64,000 nt of DNA. Source: Candidatus Lustribacter sp. (GTDB lineage Bacteria > Vulcanimicrobiota > Vulcanimicrobiia > Vulcanimicrobiales > Vulcanimicrobiaceae). Below are positions 38,220-46,237 of this stretch, piece by piece. The stretch covers positions 2,368,001 to 2,432,000 of the forward strand of contig OZ255842.1 in the NCBI GenBank assembly GCA_965277805.1, read 5' to 3'. The notes under the pieces are model-generated. The model was not told where the DNA came from. It saw only the letters and a program-made list of their open reading frames with translations, and did no database searches. A program made the translations under genes and the position numbers. How positions within the stretch are numbered: the first letter of the stretch is position 1; each line of letters begins with the position of its first letter.

Positions 38220-38942
38220 TTAGCCGGCGTCAAGCCCCGCCCGCCCGGCCGCCGCGAGCAGGGCGGCGGTGAGTTCGGCGGGAGCGTCGAGCATCACGTC
38301 GTGGCCGCTTGGGATCGCATCGACGAACCAGCCGCCCTCGGCGGTTACCCGCGCTCGGGCTTCATCGAAGCCGGGTGAGCGGTAATTGCCGGCGCGCAAG
38401 TACGTCTTGTGCGCGCAGCGTTCGCGCGCGCCTGTGAGCGCGAGCCCTTCGGTAAACGTCTTGAGCGGCTGCGGCACGCATTGCGCATCGACATATGCGC
38501 GGTCGCGTTCGTTCACGCCGAAGCTCGCTGCCGCAATCGGCGGCAAGTAGCCCGAGTCCGCGGCGGCTTCGAATCGCGCCCGCACGGCGGCCAGTGCGTT
38601 GTCCATCATCGACTCACCGTCGCGCGGAACGAACGCATCGAGGAACACGAGCGCGGCGATGCGTTCGGGCACGGCTTCCACGACGCCGGTGATCACGTTG
38701 CCGCCGTAGGAGTGACCGCACAGCACGACGTCGTGCAAGTCTTCGAACTTCAGCACGTTGACGATGTCGGTGACGTGCGTACTGAGCGTGATGTCGGGAC
38801 TGCTGAGATGCACCCGCTCGCCGAGTCCGGTCAGCGTCGGCGTAAACACGCGGTGCCCGCGCGCCCGCAGCGCGTCGGCTACGCGCGCGTAACACCACCC
38901 GCCGTGCCACGCTCCGTGAACGAGAACGAAGGTCGTCGGCAT
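38220..38942 (-). CDS. Alpha/beta hydrolase (methylesterase-like)
   Basis: LVHGAWHGGWC, GHSYGG, SGHDVM. Confidence 0.92.
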   Translation of the reverse strand: MPTTFVLVHGAWHGGWCYARVADALRARGHRVFTPTLTGLGERVHLSSPDITLSTHVTDIVNVLKFEDLHDVVLCGHSYGGNVITGVVEAVPERIAALVFLDAFVPRDGESMMDNALAAVRARFEAAADSGYLPPIAAASFGVNERDRAYVDAQCVPQPLKTFTEGLALTGARERCAHKTYLRAGNYRSPGFDEARARVTAEGGWFVDAIPSGHDVMLDAPAELTAALLAAAGRAGLDAG

Positions 38943-38954
38943 GTGGGTCTCTCC

Positions 38955-39830
38955 TCAGCCGACCTGCGGTCCACCGAAGAACTGCATCAGAATCGGCTTG
39001 AGCGGGCGATTAGGTTTGTAATCGGCGGGCGGCGGCTGCAACGGAACGCGACGATCGCCGCGGGCGAACGGATCGTCATGAATCGGATAGTGGAATAACC
39101 ACGGAATATCGTCTTCCTCAACGTGCCCGTCGCCGTACATGTATTCGTAGTGCGTCCAATAGTAGATGGTGTTGCCGCGCCGGATTCCCTCTCCGATCAC
39201 GCTGATGATGCCGTCGCCCGGATTCATTCCCTCGTGAATGCCGTTGAACGACATCTGGAAATGTTTGGTCGTGATCGTCGGCGCCGTATCCATCGCGGCA
39301 TTGGCTTGGGCGAGCGTCTGATGCGACGACGCAATCGATTGCGCGAACTGATTGTTGAGCTGATCGAGCTGCGCTTGCGAGTAGGCCTGACGCTTGGGTT
39401 CGGGCGGCGCGGCGGCAGGCCGGACCTCGTGCGGGATCTCCGCCACGCCCTCGCCGCGCGACGGCGCGGTCTGGCGCGGCGCGTGCACCTTGATGTGCGC
39501 GAGTTCGTGGTGCTGCTCGACGGGCGCGACGATCGGCTGCGGCTCGACGCGCGGCGCAGGCGGTGGCGGCGGCGGCGGTTTCGGCGGCTGCTTGGGCTTC
39601 GGCAACACGACGGCCACCGGCCGTTGTTGCGGTTCGGCCTTTTCCAAGCGAATGATGTCGGACTTCGGCAGCTGCGGCGATTGCAGGCTTGCGAGTTGCG
39701 GCAGCGCCTTCACCACGGCGCGCGAAAGCAGACCGTACAACGAGCCACCGGCGAGGTGGACCATTAACGACAGCATGAGCCCGATGAGGAGATAGCGCCG
39801 CGTTCGCGCGCGGCCTCGCGCGCTGATCAT
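38955..39830 (-). CDS. TonB-like membrane-anchored Pro-rich protein with an unrecognised C-terminal domain
   Basis: Single N-terminal TM with SxxxH (SLMVH); PKPKQPPKPPPPPPP linker; C-terminal domain shared with 41082..42245. Confidence 0.7.
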   Translation of the reverse strand: MISARGRARTRRYLLIGLMLSLMVHLAGGSLYGLLSRAVVKALPQLASLQSPQLPKSDIIRLEKAEPQQRPVAVVLPKPKQPPKPPPPPPPAPRVEPQPIVAPVEQHHELAHIKVHAPRQTAPSRGEGVAEIPHEVRPAAAPPEPKRQAYSQAQLDQLNNQFAQSIASSHQTLAQANAAMDTAPTITTKHFQMSFNGIHEGMNPGDGIISVIGEGIRRGNTIYYWTHYEYMYGDGHVEEDDIPWLFHYPIHDDPFARGDRRVPLQPPPADYKPNRPLKPILMQFFGGPQVG

Positions 39831-39929
39831 GTCCTGGGGGATAACGTTCCTCGGACTACGGTAGTCCCATGAGATTCAACGGCCATCGTAGGGGGCCCGG
39901 CTTGGAGTCCCCTGGGCCGCGGCCCCACG

Positions 39930-39956
39930 AAAAAAGCACCCCGCGGACGGGGTGCT
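39930..39956 (-). terminator. Intrinsic terminator of rplJL
   Basis: AGCACCCCG/CGGGGTGCT stem with a U-tract on the minus strand. Confidence 0.8.
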
Positions 39957-39978
39957 CGTTCTGCTTACCAGCGATCGG

Positions 39979-40353
39979 TTACTTGATCTCGACCTTGGCG
40001 CCGGCTTCTTCGACTTTCTTCTTGATCGATTCGGCTTCGTCTTTGGTGACGCCGGTCTTGATCGCCTTGGGGGCGCTCTCGACGAACGACTTCGCTTCGG
40101 TCAGGCCGAGCGAGGTGACTTCGCGGACGGCCTTGATGACCTTGATCTTCTCGGCGCCGATTTCGCTGAGAATGACGTCGAATTCCGTCTGGGCTTCGGC
40201 CGGGCCGGCGGCCGCGGCGGCACCCGGGGCTGCCGCAACGGCAACCGGGGCAGCGGCGCTAACGCCGTATTTTTCTTCGAGGGTCTTCACCAGCTCGGAG
40301 AGCTCGAGGACCGTGAGTTTGTCGATTTGATCGATGAGTTCGGCTACTGCCAT
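39979..40353 (-). CDS. rplL: 50S ribosomal protein L7/L12
   Basis: [49 protein letters not shown]. Confidence 0.99.
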   Translation of the reverse strand: MAVAELIDQIDKLTVLELSELVKTLEEKYGVSAAAPVAVAAAPGAAAAAGPAEAQTEFDVILSEIGAEKIKVIKAVREVTSLGLTEAKSFVESAPKAIKTGVTKDEAESIKKKVEEAGAKVEIK

Positions 40354-40369
40354 GTTGTTCGATTATCTC

Positions 40370-40909
40370 CTAAGCTGCTGATCCGGCGGCTTCTTTTTGC
40401 TCGCGGATCGAATTGAGGACGCGGACGAGACCGCCTTGATTGCCCGAGAGCACGGTCACCAGACCGTATAGCGGGCTCTTGAGCGACCCAACCAGGCGGC
40501 CAAGAAGCTCGATTTTCGGAGGGAGGGAGGCGAGTTGGGCTACGCCCTTGGCATCGACGATCTGGCCGTCGATGTACGCCGCCTTGATTTCGACGGGCTT
40601 GTTGGCCTCGCCGAAGGGCATTTTGAGCGCTTTCGCGGGTGCGACCGGATCGTCGCCGGCGAAAACGATGGCCGTCGGACCGGCCAGGTAGGATTCAAAT
40701 TTAGCGGCGAGATCGCTACCCGCGGCGCGCGAGAACAGGGTGTTCTTCACGACGCCATACGTGCTGACGCCGTCTTTGCGCAGCTCGTTGCGGAGTTTCG
40801 TGATGTCTCCGACGGTCAGCCCGGCGTAATTCGTGAAGAACAAGTTCTTCGACGCGCCCAGCTTCTGCCGGAGTTCTTCGATCGTCGCTTCTTTTTTCGC
40901 GGTCGGCAT
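40370..40909 (-). CDS. rplJ: 50S ribosomal protein L10
   Basis: MPTAKK.., YAGLTV..LRNELR, VVKNTL, GPTAIVF, LASLPPKIELLGRLVG. Confidence 0.97.
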   Translation of the reverse strand: MPTAKKEATIEELRQKLGASKNLFFTNYAGLTVGDITKLRNELRKDGVSTYGVVKNTLFSRAAGSDLAAKFESYLAGPTAIVFAGDDPVAPAKALKMPFGEANKPVEIKAAYIDGQIVDAKGVAQLASLPPKIELLGRLVGSLKSPLYGLVTVLSGNQGGLVRVLNSIREQKEAAGSAA

Positions 40910-40928
40910 GGTGGCTTTCTTGAGAACG

Positions 40929-41070
40929 AAAAAGCGCCTCCGCCAACCCAGGCGAGGCGCATCGAAAGCCAAATGCCCGCAGGCACTAGGAGTCTCGTTC
41001 GCATCCTCGGTAGGCGCCTAGCGCTCGCACGCTCAGCATTATCCCCTCACGGGGACCCACGGTCATTGGA
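40929..41070 (-). promoter_or_regulatory. Ribosomal protein L10 leader (autoregulatory RNA) with attenuator hairpin
   Basis: Minus strand CCAATGACCGTGGGT..ATAAT..CCTACCGAGG matches the L10-leader pattern; GCGCCTC..GAGGCGCTTTTT terminator precedes rplJ; TATGAT -10 at about 41081-41086. Confidence 0.75.
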
Positions 41071-41081
41071 GCCATTGCGTA

Positions 41082-42245
41082 TCATACCTCAGGCGGCCCC
41101 TGAGGGTCAAGTTGGCCAATTGTCATCCCGAGCAAAGCACCGAAGGTGCGTCGTCGAGGGACCGCCACAATCGCGGCCACCTGCAGCCCCGGGAAATACT
41201 CCAAGAGCAGCGGCTTGAGGGGCCGGTCGGGCTTGAACCCCTTGGGCGGCGGCTGCAGCGGTATGACCGAGTCGCCGCGAGCGAACGGGTCGTTTCCGGT
41301 CGGAAAAAAGAACGGCCAGGGAATGTCGTCTTCTTCGACGTGTCCGTCGGGATAGCGGTAGATGTAATGCACCCAATACTTCGTCACCGGACCGTCGGGC
41401 TCGTAGCTGTTGTAGGTCATCGCCCCCTGGCCGGGCGTCAGCGCATCGAGCAACCCCCGGAACCCACGTTTGCTGAACGTCGCCTCTGCCGGGTCGGACA
41501 GCAAAAACGCTTGCAGTTGCTGCGCCTCTGCCGGCGCGTTCTTGCGCGTGACGAGATCGAGCGGGATCTGCACGTTCAGACTCGCCGGCAGTAAATCCAG
41601 CCGCAGCGTTCCCGGCGCGACCGCCGCAATCGCCGTCGCAAACGAGCAGTACGTGAGAAATGCCGCCTTTCCGGACGCGAGCGTTGCGGCCGCCGCCGCC
41701 GCATCGAAGCCCGCGGCGCTATCGTGCGCTTTCGAACGCAGATCGATGCTCATGCCCGGCGCGAGACGCGCGAAGCCTTTGAGCACTTGATCGACGTAGG
41801 CGGTGACGTAACGCTCTTGCACCTGTTTGATCAACCCGATCTTCGGATCGGTGAGCACATCCAAGAACGGACGTCCTTGCGCGAGTGCGGTCGGCGTTAG
41901 CAAACACAGCGCCGTGCGCGCGACCACGTGAATGTCCCCGTATTTGCTCGTATCGCGGAGCTCGAACGCCGCCGGCAGGTCGAGCGTGACGAACAGATCC
42001 GGCGTATCGGGCATGAGCTTGCCCAGCAGCGCGGCGTTGGAGTCGTAGGTGACGTCGACCGCGATACCGGTCTGACGCGTGAACGCAGCGACGGCCTCAT
42101 CGAGCGGAGCCTTGACCAGCGCGTTGGCAAACAGGGAGACGTGATGCTGCGCCCCGCGCTGCTGCGCAACTGCGGGAGACGCGGCGAAAAAAGACAGCGC
42201 CGCCGCCACCGCAAGAGCTACGGCCGGCGACCAGCGCTGCTTCAT
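41082..42245 (-). CDS. Degenerate ModA-like periplasmic binding domain fused to an unrecognised C-terminal domain
   Basis: Signal peptide; LDEAVAAFTRQTGIAVDVTY..PDLFV; FLLSDPAEATFSKRGF (ModA C-terminus); then the shared domain. Confidence 0.75.
   Translation of the reverse strand: MKQRWSPAVALAVAAALSFFAASPAVAQQRGAQHHVSLFANALVKAPLDEAVAAFTRQTGIAVDVTYDSNAALLGKLMPDTPDLFVTLDLPAAFELRDTSKYGDIHVVARTALCLLTPTALAQGRPFLDVLTDPKIGLIKQVQERYVTAYVDQVLKGFARLAPGMSIDLRSKAHDSAAGFDAAAAAATLASGKAAFLTYCSFATAIAAVAPGTLRLDLLPASLNVQIPLDLVTRKNAPAEAQQLQAFLLSDPAEATFSKRGFRGLLDALTPGQGAMTYNSYEPDGPVTKYWVHYIYRYPDGHVEEDDIPWPFFFPTGNDPFARGDSVIPLQPPPKGFKPDRPLKPLLLEYFPGLQVAAIVAVPRRRTFGALLGMTIGQLDPQGPPEV
41121..41170 (+). repeat. REP-like element, copy 3 (inside a CDS 3' end)
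   Basis: TGTCATCCCGAGC-aaaGCACCgaaGGTGCgtc-GTCGAGGGACCGCCACAA. Confidence 0.8.
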
Positions 42246-42258
42246 GCTAGGGAGCGGG

Positions 42259-43461
42259 TTACGGACCAGTTTCGTTCGGGTCCTTGACGCCGACGTAGCG
42301 GTCGAACTCGTAGTTGCCGAGCACGCCGTTGCGACGTTCGACTTTGCGGAAGTAGACGTTCTGCACGATATCGCGCGTGGCGGGGTCGATCGAGATCGGT
42401 CCGCGCGGGCTCTCGAACTGCATGCCCTTGACGATATCCATCGTCTTGTCGGGATCGATGTGACCCTTCTGCGCGATCAGCACCTTGTACGCCGCGGCGA
42501 TCGCGTCGTAGGCCTGGACCGCTTCGAACGTCGGGAGCTGGTCGCTGCCGTACGCAGCCTTGAACGCCTTGACGAAGTCGCGATTCATCTTCGAGTCGTG
42601 CATCGCCGAGTAGTCGAACGTCGTCGTGATACCGAGCGCGGTGTCGCCCTCGGTCGGGAGGATCGCTTCGTCGACGAGATCGCCCGTCGCGAGAAACTTG
42701 ATCCCGGTGCGATCGAAGCCTGCCGACTTGAGCGCCTTGATGAAGTCGACGCCGCCGCCGGTCGCGTTGATGAACAGGAACATCACGTCAGGCTTCGCGT
42801 CTTTCACCTTTTGAATGTAGGCCGAGAAGTCTTTAGTGTCGACCGGCATGCGCGATTCGCCGAGCACCTTACCGCCCGCAGCGGTGAACGTTTTCTCGAA
42901 GGCCGTGCCGGCGTCGATGCCCGGACCGTAGTCCTGGAACACCGCGTACGCCGTTTTGGCGTGCTGGAAGTTGAAGGCCCACTTCGCGAACGGCACGGAA
43001 ATCTGCCCGGTCGTAAAGCCGAAGCGCGCGGTATAGGGGTTGGTCTTGAAGATGTTCGACGTCGCCGCGTTGACGATGAAGTACGGCACCTTCGCTTGAG
43101 TCGAGACTTTGCCCATTGCGATCGCGTTGGGCGTATACGATGCGCCGATCAGCAAGTCCACGTGTTCTTGCACGATCAGTTCTTGCGCGAGCCGCGCCGC
43201 CACGTCGGGGGCGATGCCCGTGTCGTCGCGCTTGATCAGCACGACCTTGCGCCCGGCGATCGTATCGCCGTGCTGCTTCATGTAGGCATCGAACGCCGCG
43301 TTCGCCATCTTCCCGAGCGTGACGTTGTCACCACCCGAGTAGGACAGCACGACGCCGATCTTGATCGGGTCTTTGGTTTGCGCGAGCGCCGGCACGGACG
43401 CCGTCACCAGGACGACGGCCAGCAACGCTAATAGGGAACGTTGAATAGAGCGAATGATCAA
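42259..43461 (-). CDS. ABC substrate-binding protein, PBP1 (aromatic acid-binding type)
   Basis: TTG start with GAGGAG RBS; IKRDDTG..PDVAARLAQEL; ESPRGPISIDPATRDIVQNVY. Confidence 0.9.
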   Translation of the reverse strand: MIIRSIQRSLLALLAVVLVTASVPALAQTKDPIKIGVVLSYSGGDNVTLGKMANAAFDAYMKQHGDTIAGRKVVLIKRDDTGIAPDVAARLAQELIVQEHVDLLIGASYTPNAIAMGKVSTQAKVPYFIVNAATSNIFKTNPYTARFGFTTGQISVPFAKWAFNFQHAKTAYAVFQDYGPGIDAGTAFEKTFTAAGGKVLGESRMPVDTKDFSAYIQKVKDAKPDVMFLFINATGGGVDFIKALKSAGFDRTGIKFLATGDLVDEAILPTEGDTALGITTTFDYSAMHDSKMNRDFVKAFKAAYGSDQLPTFEAVQAYDAIAAAYKVLIAQKGHIDPDKTMDIVKGMQFESPRGPISIDPATRDIVQNVYFRKVERRNGVLGNYEFDRYVGVKDPNETGP

Positions 43462-43534
43462 AGCACGTCTCCTCGGAAAATAACTTTCAGTCGATACCGA
43501 TGAGAACGCGAACATTCCTCCGAACGTTAGCACC

Positions 43535-44194
43535 GTGACCTCGGGCTTCATCGCGACGGCTTTTGCCACGGCGTTCACGATCATCGACCCGGTCGGAATG
43601 ATTCCGCTCGCCCTGTCGGTGACCGTCGATGCGTCCCCGCAGCGCCGCGCACAGATCGTCAATCAGGCGATCCTGGTGGCGGCCGCCGTTATTCTGCTCA
43701 TGGGACTCGTCGGGAAGCCGCTGCTCGAGTCGCTCGGCATCACCCTGCCGGCGTTCACGATCGCCGGCGGCGCGTTGCTCTTCCTTATCGCCGTCGACAT
43801 GCTCTTCGGACGCAAGCCGGGCACGAAGCAGACCCCGGAAGAGGAGCGCGTGGACGCCGACAGCGCCAACCCGGCGGTCTTTCCGCTGGCCGTCCCGATG
43901 ATCGCCGGACCCGGCACGATTGCGACCGTCCTCGTCTTGGTGACGCTGGCCGGCGGCGACCGCGAAAAAGACGCGATCGTCTTTGCCGCGTTCGCCAGCG
44001 CCATGGTCGTCACGTGGATCTGCATGCGCCTATCCACCCAACTGCTCCGCGTCATCGGCACCACCGGCATCCATGTCGTCACGCGCCTCTTCGGCATCCT
44101 GCTCTCCGCCCTCGCCGTCCAATTCATCCTAAACGGCCTATCCCAAACCCCCCTCCTCCACACCGTCACTGTCACCCCGAGCGGAGTGCCGTAA
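43535..44194 (+). CDS. marC: MarC family membrane protein
   Basis: IIDPVG, FTIAGG, VFPLAVPMIAGPGTI, TRLFGILLSALAVQFI. Confidence 0.92.
   Translation: MTSGFIATAFATAFTIIDPVGMIPLALSVTVDASPQRRAQIVNQAILVAAAVILLMGLVGKPLLESLGITLPAFTIAGGALLFLIAVDMLFGRKPGTKQTPEEERVDADSANPAVFPLAVPMIAGPGTIATVLVLVTLAGGDREKDAIVFAAFASAMVVTWICMRLSTQLLRVIGTTGIHVVTRLFGILLSALAVQFILNGLSQTPLLHTVTVTPSGVP
44170..44182 (+). repeat. Partial REP-like element in the marC 3' end
   Basis: TGTCACCCCGAGC. Confidence 0.45.
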
Positions 44195-44206
44195 CCCACA
44201 TTGGGG

Positions 44207-45478
44207 CTAGGTGAAGCCGTTCCAGCAGGCGTCGTAGTCGGACTGCATCGCGGGTGTTGCGAGAGCGAATGCCGTGGGCGCAAGCACGTAGCACGTTTCA
44301 AACATGAACGCGAGGCCGTCTTTGATGTAACGCGGCTTCAGTTCGGCCGCAACGGCTTGCTCGTAGGCGGCGAGGTCGGGGCCATGCGCCGACATGCAAT
44401 TGTGCAAGCTCGCCCCGCCCGGCACGAAGCCGCCCGATTTCGCCTCGTACGCGCCGTCGATCAGGCCCATGTATTCGTTCATCACGTTGCGATGAAACCA
44501 CGGCGGCCGGAACGTGTGCTCGGCAACGGCCCAGCGCGGCGGAAAGATCACGAAGTCGAGGTTCGCCGTGCCTGGTGTCGTCGACGGAGACGTGAGCACG
44601 GTGAAGATCGACGGATCGGGATGATCGAAGCTCACGCTGTTGATCGTGTTGAAGCGCGCCAGGTCGTATTTATAGGGAACGTAGTTGCCGTGCCAAGCGA
44701 CCACGTCGAACGGCGAGCGGTCGAGTTGCGTTGACCACAGCCCGCCCATGAACTTTTGCACGATCTCGGTCGGCTCGGCGTCCTCGAACGCGGGAACCGG
44801 GGTGAGGAAGTCGCGCGCGTTCGCGAGGCCGTTCGAACCGATCGGTCCGAGTTCGGGCAGCCGCAGCAGCGCGCCGTAGTTTTCGCACACGTAGCCGCGC
44901 GCCGTTGCGTCGAGCAACTCCACCCGGAAACGCAGGCCGCGCGGAATCACCGTGATCTCGCCCGGCGCAACGGTCAGCCGGCCGAGCTCCGTCACGATCA
45001 GCAGCGCGCCTTGCTGCGGAACGAACAACAGCTCACCGTCGGAGTTGAAGAACGCGCGCCCGCGCATCGAGCGATTCGCAACGTAGATGTGGATCGCAAT
45101 CCCGGCGCGCAATCCCACGTCGCCGTTTCCGGCCATCGTGTGCAGCCCATCGATGAAGTCCTGGGGCTCTGCGGGGACCGGTAACGGGTCCCAGCGCAGC
45201 CGGTTCGGCGACGGCGCAATCTCGGCGAACGGTCCGCTGCGAATCGCTTTCGCATCGATGCGCGCGTAGGCGCGATGATCGGCCGAGGGCCGCTTGCGGT
45301 ACATCCAGGTGCGCCGGTTTTCCGCGCGCGGGGCCGTGAACGGGGTGCCGGAGATGATCTCGGCGATCAGGCCGTGCGGAACGTGCTGCGGCGAGTTTTG
45401 GCCGACGGGCAGCGCGCCGGCAACCGCTTCGCCGGCGAACTCGTTGCCGAAACCGCCGGCGTAGGTGAGCTGCTCCAC
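44207..45478 (-). CDS. hmgA: Homogentisate 1,2-dioxygenase
   Basis: [60 protein letters not shown] start 45478. Confidence 0.96.
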   Translation of the reverse strand: MEQLTYAGGFGNEFAGEAVAGALPVGQNSPQHVPHGLIAEIISGTPFTAPRAENRRTWMYRKRPSADHRAYARIDAKAIRSGPFAEIAPSPNRLRWDPLPVPAEPQDFIDGLHTMAGNGDVGLRAGIAIHIYVANRSMRGRAFFNSDGELLFVPQQGALLIVTELGRLTVAPGEITVIPRGLRFRVELLDATARGYVCENYGALLRLPELGPIGSNGLANARDFLTPVPAFEDAEPTEIVQKFMGGLWSTQLDRSPFDVVAWHGNYVPYKYDLARFNTINSVSFDHPDPSIFTVLTSPSTTPGTANLDFVIFPPRWAVAEHTFRPPWFHRNVMNEYMGLIDGAYEAKSGGFVPGGASLHNCMSAHGPDLAAYEQAVAAELKPRYIKDGLAFMFETCYVLAPTAFALATPAMQSDYDACWNGFT

Positions 45479-45541
45479 GGCGGCCGGGTTCGCGCCGCAC
45501 GGCGGGCGGCCCCGTGCTGCGAAGCGAATCAATTCGGCCAC

Positions 45542-46237
45542 ATGTCGAGCACGATTTCCATTACCAGCAGCGACGGCCGGCCCTTCGAGGCCTACCTCGC
45601 GTTGCCGCCGTCCGGTCCCGCGCCGGCGATCGTCATCGTGCCCTCGATCTTCGGCGTCACCGACGGGTTCAAGACGTCCCTGGAGCGTTACGCGAGCAAG
45701 GGCTTCATTGTGATCGCGCCCGACGTGTTCTGGCGCACGCATCCCGGCCCGTTGACGCCGGATCGCGCGCCCGAGGGCCAAGCGCGCATGAAGGCCTACA
45801 ACCTCGATGAAGGCCTCGACGATTTGCGCTGCACGGTCGACGCGCTGAAAAGCGTCCCGCAGTGGAACGGCAAGTGGGGCATTTTCGGTTTCTGTTTCGG
45901 CGGCAAACTTGCGTACCTCGGCATCACGCGGCTCGGCGCTGATGCCGCCGCTGCATTTCACGGCGTCATGATCCACACCGTCCTCGATGAAAAAGACAAG
46001 CTCGACAAACCGTTCAGTTTTCACTACGGCCGCCAAGATCACGTGATACCGATGGAACAGGTCGAGGAGATTCAAGCCGCGCTCGCCGGCAAAAACGGCG
46101 AGATCTATGTGTACGACGACGCCGGCCACAGCTTTGCGCTGCCCGACAATCCGTCGTATCACGCGGAGACCGCGCGGCTGTCGGAAGATCGCGCGCTCGC
46201 GGTGTTCGATACGATGAAAGATGCGGCGGTTGTCTAA
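45542..46237 (+). CDS. Dienelactone hydrolase family protein
   Basis: SIFGV, APDVFWR, GFCFGG, AGHSF. Confidence 0.9.
   Translation: MSSTISITSSDGRPFEAYLALPPSGPAPAIVIVPSIFGVTDGFKTSLERYASKGFIVIAPDVFWRTHPGPLTPDRAPEGQARMKAYNLDEGLDDLRCTVDALKSVPQWNGKWGIFGFCFGGKLAYLGITRLGADAAAAFHGVMIHTVLDEKDKLDKPFSFHYGRQDHVIPMEQVEEIQAALAGKNGEIYVYDDAGHSFALPDNPSYHAETARLSEDRALAVFDTMKDAAVV

Noticed and set aside
39540-39605. GGC/GGT-rich tandem repeat
   Set aside because: It simply encodes the poly-Pro linker of the TonB-like protein.
39870-39930. GC-rich stretch downstream of rplL as a tRNA or ncRNA
   Set aside because: No cloverleaf, T-loop or CCA is evident; it cannot be supported beyond possible hairpins.
44207-45478. 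hmgA without hppD/fahA/maiA as a novel pathway
   Set aside because: These genes are often scattered, so absence from this window is uninformative.
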